From the NCBI RefSeq assembly GCF_009914755.1, contig NC_060926.1: DNA of 64,000 nt, one strand, 5' to 3'. Origin of the DNA: the human T2T-CHM13v2.0 reference genome, Homo sapiens. A program made the translations under genes and the position numbers. The notes beneath the pieces are model-generated. The model was not told the DNA's origin. It saw only the letters and a program-made list of their open reading frames with translations, and made no database searches. How positions within the stretch are numbered: the stretch's first letter is position 1; every line of letters begins with the position of its first letter. Below are positions 56,226 to 64,000 of the stretch, piece after piece.

Positions 56226-56540
56226 GGCTGGGCATGGTGGCTCTCGCCTGCAATCCTATCACTTTGGGAGGCCAAAGAAGGTGCATTGCTTGTGTCCAGG
56301 AACTCGAGACCAGCCTGGGCAATATGGTGAAATGCCATCACTACAAAAATTGCAAAAATTAGCCGGGCAAGGTGGCGCGCACCTGCAGTCCCAGCTATTC
56401 AGCTGTTCGGAAGGTTGAGGTAGGAGGATCACTTGAGCCTGGGAGGTGGAGGTTTGAAGTGAGCGGAGACAGCGCCACTACACTCCAGCCTGGGTGACAG
56501 GCTGAGACCCCCCGTCTGGAAAAAATACATAAAAATTTTA
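56226..56540 (+). mobile_element. AluJ SINE
   Basis: GGCTGGGCATGGTGGCTC...GGAGGATCACTTGAGCCTGGGAGG; AAGTTTT on both flanks. Confidence 0.9.
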
Positions 56541-56889
56541 AAAAGTTTTATCTTCACTTATTTCATTTAATAGTATATTCTTTGGTACCAGATAATGTTT
56601 TATGACCATATGATTATTCATTTTTGATAATACCTGGCAATTGAAGTGATAATAATTATTGCCTCATAATTCCCAACAGAGATTAAAAAGTGAGAAACTG
56701 AATCTTTGAATCCTTGTAGAAACCTTGGCATCTCCTGAAACGATAGATGCATTTCTTTTTTGTGTTTTGTTTTATGGCTTAGGCATCATTTAGACAGAGG
56801 CATTATTTAACACTTAAACACCTATTTTCCTGAAATGTAACAAGAAAAACTACATGTTTTTTGTTTGTTTGTTTTTACCCCAAAGGAAA

Positions 56890-57320
56890 TACAGTTGGTA
56901 GAATAAGTCCTGGACCTGAAGCCAGAAGAACTTGAGTTCAAGTAGACAGAGGCTCTGTCACAATTTACATGGAATGTCTCAATTTTCTCTTTCTCTAATC
57001 CTGAGTTTTCTCCACTGCAAAACAGGGTTATAGTACCCTCACTCTTCCTATCTCACATGGTGAAGGTAAATATCAGATTGAATGAAGTAATGGATAATTG
57101 CAAACATTAACTGGGTTCCTGGCAGGATCCAGGTACTATGATTTCTTTTTCATATGCAAAATTGCATTTCATCTTTGCCAAGACCCTCTGAGAAATGTAT
57201 TATGCTTATCTCATTTTACTAGTAAAGAAAGTTAGCCTAAAAAAGTTAAAGCGACTTTTCCAAGTCCCATGATGGTAATGCAGTCATGACTAGGTTCCAG
57301 ATTTTGTGATGTTCATGTTC
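56890..57320. mobile_element. Two MIR fragments in opposite orientation
   Basis: CTGAGTTTTCTCCACTGCAAAACAGGG (+); CTCATTTTACTAGTAAAGAAA...GTTAAAGCGACTTTTCCAAG (-). Confidence 0.6.
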
Positions 57321-57692
57321 TTGACACCTGCAACTGGTTGAGAGTATCGTGTAACCAGAAGAGTGTGCATACCAAAGCTCTCATAATTAACAGGTAAAAC
57401 ATTGTGAGCAAAGAGATTCAAGCTATTTGAGAGCTCTTTTAATTAAACAACATGTTACAATAAAATTTAAAAAAAACACCAAATGGGGAGTCAAATAAAT
57501 GTGTTTTTTTCCTCATTTTGGATAAGCTACTCTTAGCCTTGACTTCTGAAACATAAGAGTGCCATTAATAGGCAACTTCTTCAAAATTCAATTAATGCAA
57601 CAAATTGAAGAGAAGATAAAGAAATCATATTTTTTACTGATAATTTAAAAAAATTCATAGGAAATAATTTGGATTTAGACATGTCTTAGAAG

Positions 57693-57803
57693 TAGGGTGA
57701 CCAACTTTTCCAGTTTGTTCAAGATTCAGGAAGTTTCCTGGACACAGTACTTTGAATGTTGAAACTAGAAATATTCCAGGCAAATTAGGCATTGGTCAAC
57801 ATA
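57693..57803. mobile_element. MER81-like hAT-Blackjack MITE
   Basis: TAGGGTGACCAAC...TTGGTCAACATA inverted termini, ~110 bp. Confidence 0.8.
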
Positions 57804-58239
57804 CTCATAATCTTGAAATCAGCATAGTTAAAATCATTTTTCCTTATGTTTAAGTAGAACTTGTTCTAGAGAAGGAAGTAGATTCTTTTTTCCCCAGAAT
57901 TACTTCAAATGAGTGTTGAATCCTTTGTGGTCTATGTAACATAACTGTCCCAGAATTTTCTATTAAAAAAAAAATGACTTCAAGTTGAAGGCAGTTTACA
58001 TAAAATCTTAAAGTCAGAATACTTTTCTTAGATAGGTAGGCTTAGTTTCTGCCACACCAGGTATCCCTTCATTCCTTTCCAGTTGATCTGAGGGCTTCTG
58101 CTCCCGGTATTCTTTATTTTGCCATAAGAAAAATCTTATTGGAATCCTGACTCTCATATACTTTCAATCTGTAATGAAGCTGGAACAAACAAGGAAAAAA
58201 ATTCCAAGTATCATTGAACTATGTATCATCCATATTCTT

Positions 58240-58720
58240 TTTTTAGCTGTAAGCAAGACAGACTAATTCAAGGTAGCATAAACGAGAATAAACAGTTCCT
58301 TTATTTTAATAACATGAGGTGTCTCTGAACAAAATAGGGAACCAAAAATGTGCAAAGGACTTTGCCTTTGTATCTCATTCGTTCTTCATTTTGTGTGTTC
58401 TTCATTTGTTCTTCTTTGCACCAGCCTTGTGGCTTCTCGAGTTCACATGGTGAAAAACATGACATATATAGCTAAAATATTAATGTATTATAGGTTAGGT
58501 GACCAACTTCATGAGAGAAATTATCTCTTTGGGCCCCAGCTGAAAATTCTTAGGAAGGAAATTAATGACTGTCCTTAGATTGTTGGCTCCATCAACTAAA
58601 ACCAGAGTGCAGAGTCATGCTGCAGGAATAAGACTGCCAAGAATTACTCCTATAACCAACCAACTATATGTGCTCAGACAGGGGAAGTTTCCAGAAAAAT
58701 GAAAGACTGGGCAGATAATA
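58240..58720 (-). mobile_element. Highly diverged MLT1 LTR
   Basis: GCTGTAAGCAAGACAGACTAATTCAAGGTAGC; AAATTCTTAGGAAGGA. Confidence 0.4.
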
Positions 58721-59457
58721 TATGAAGTATCCAATTTGCTGTCTCACTCAGCTTACAGTGGCAGAAAATAGCCTACACATGTTTGCTGAAAAATAAAATA
58801 ATATCGAATGCAGGTTCATGTCTGACAGTAGCCAAGAATTTGTCTGGGTTTCTCTTGCCTGCAACTTGATGTCATTATGTTTTTTAATGGAAAATTCTGG
58901 GGCAGAGTTATGTTATATAGACCCACAAAGGATTCGACTTTCTTTTTCTAGAAAGTTACTTCATGGAATAATTCAGCTTAATAACAACAAAAATGTTTAG
59001 CCAATCTAACCAAGTTAAAGTTGTAGACTGATATATTTCAGTTCACTTGGACTTTTTTAGAACAAGTGGAAGATGGAGAGAAGCCAGTATAAAAATGGCA
59101 TTAATGCCTCGATATCATATGACTGAGGTCAGCTTCCTCAAGAAGTCTTTTTGACAATTTCTGCTCACTATTTTTCTCCTTTCTCATAATTTGTTTATAT
59201 TTATAGTAAGTACCTTTGTATGTTATTTGATAATATCTTGATAAATTGATTTAAATTGATTTTAATAAAGTATTGTTCCCCTATACAGTATAAATTACTT
59301 GAGATCAAGGCCAAAGTCTTTATACTGTTAAATATTGCTCATTTTTTTCTTGATCTTTTTTTCTTTTTCTTTTTTCCACTCTCCTTTCTTGCAACCTTTT
59401 CTTCACCAATATGGAATATGTTCAATATATCTTCCCATACCCTGGATGCTGGGACAG

Positions 59458-59819
59458 TGTTATGAACTGAATGTTTGTGTTCTCTCCCCGAAATTCATAT
59501 GTTGATATTAAAACTTCCAATATGGTGGTATTAGGGGGGACTTTGGGAGATGATTAGAGAATGAGGGTGTAGCCTCCATGAATGGGATTAAGGCCATATA
59601 AGAGAGATCCAAAAGAGCTCATTTGCCTTCTTTTCTGCCATATGAGAATACCATGAGAAGTCTGCAACCTGGAATCAGACCCTCACCAGAACCCAACCAT
59701 GCTAGCATGGTGATCTCAAACTTCCTGCCTTGAGAACTGTGAGAAAAAAAAAATTCTGTTGTTTATAAGTGACCCAGTCTATGGAACTTTATCATAAGCA
59801 GCCTGAACTGCGACAGACA
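59458..59819 (+). mobile_element. MLT1A-type MaLR solo LTR
   Basis: TGTTATGAACTGAATGTTTGTG...CATGAATGGGATTA...CCCTCACCAGAACCC...AGACA. Confidence 0.88.
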
Positions 59820-59849
59820 AAAAGCATAAGTAAGAGCAAATATTTTTTG

Positions 59850-60030
59850 AATGGTTATTATATATCTGGCAATTTGCTAAGAACCTTACAGTGATTGACC
59901 CATTTAATCTTCCTATAAACCTAGGGTGTAGGTGTTGTAATTACCAATATTTTACAGATGAGGAAACTAAGAAACAGAGTTTAGTAAACTGTCCAGATCA
60001 ACTAATAAGGAGCTTTCAAAACCCAGCATA
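59850..60030 (-). mobile_element. MIR SINE
   Basis: CATTTAATCTTC...ATTTTACAGATGAGGAAACTAAG. Confidence 0.8.
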
Positions 60031-60757
60031 ATGTTAACTACCATATAATATGATATTCCCACATTATATGGAATTTCAGGCTCAAATAAGTTATGTGAAA
60101 ATTTAGGATGACTATTATTGTAAGTTTATTCTCTACTTCATTCCCACACTCTATTATTTTGCAGCTGATTTGAGCTGTAGATATAGCTGGATTTCTGTAA
60201 ATATTTTTTGATAGATTAATACTTTACAATAAAGAATATATAACAATTAAATAGCATTGCTGGAATTTGCTTTCTTTGTTCTATTAGAGAAGTTTCCTTT
60301 TTAGAATCTTGTGCAATATGAATCCTGATGACATACTGCATCTCATTGCCAATATCTGACTAATTCCCTGTATGAAGTTGAAATAAAAATTACTCATTTC
60401 CTGTACAAAGCTTATGTATACAGGAATTAGTTTTAACCTAAGTGGGTCACAAAATGTAAATGTGCAAAAAGCATAATAAATTACATTCTGCTGTGAGATC
60501 AAGGAACATATAGTGCCCAGTAAAGACAATTAGTTATTAGTTGAGGAATCAAGTTCATATGAAGATATTTGCATTAAACATAATTTCACTTCAAGCCATA
60601 TTTCCAGCACACATATAAATACAGATGTAATATTAAGCTTGGAAAATTAATATATGGAATTTTCTAAGAGGGCAGAGATAACAATAAAAGTAAATAATTT
60701 CTATTTTATTGAGTTTTTTGCCTCAGATATTTTTTATTCTATATGTGCTATTTTTAG

Positions 60758-60778
60758 TTCACATTCAGTTTTACCAAG
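60758..60778 (+). other. Candidate 21-nt microexon
   Basis: TGCTATTTTTAG|TTCACATTCAGTTTTACCAAG|GTAAGT; motif evidence only. Confidence 0.25.
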
Positions 60779-61046
60779 GTAAGTGTGAAGTTCTTCTAAT
60801 ATCAGTTACTTAAGTTAGTGATATTTCAAACAGAGACAAGGGGTTGGTTGTGGTAAACTCTACTGAGCTCATATTAAGCCTTTTGTAATTCTCTTTAATA
60901 AAAACAAACCAAACAACAACAACAACAACATAAAACCGATTATGCCAATAAAATGATATTTTTAAAATGAGATAAATTGTTCAAAGGATAATGCTCTGCC
61001 AGGGGTTATGCTTGAATATCTAAAATGTGTCCATTATTCTAAAATG

Positions 61047-64000
<2,954 letters not shown>

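Noticed and set aside
60727-60778. Signal-peptide-like translation IFFILYVLFLVHIQFYQ
   Set aside because: Hydrophobicity follows from T-richness; upstream in-frame stop and no Met

Overview
AT-rich, repeat-dense hominoid (most likely human) genomic DNA, indicated by AluY and L1PA2-PA4 copies. I can identify no cellular protein-coding gene, RNA gene or CpG island. The long ORFs are LINE-1 ORF2 remnants; the short ORFs are Alu-, LTR- or low-complexity artefacts. Most L1s and LTRs lie on the minus strand, consistent with, but not proving, a very long intron of a plus-strand gene. The best-supported unusual feature is at 13.7-15.2 kb: a twin-primed L1PA4-like insertion that was split by a ~1.1 kb inversion. 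One target-site duplication (TSD) now sits in reverse orientation, and both breakpoints carry templated fold-back inserts sharing the same 15-mer. More speculative candidates are a recursive-splice-site-like AG|GTACGT with a 90-nt exon at 23.9 kb and a 21-nt microexon with an upstream UGC at 60.76 kb. Repeat subfamily names come from remembered consensus sequences, and boundaries of old repeats are approximate. I see no evidence for a wholly new biological system.
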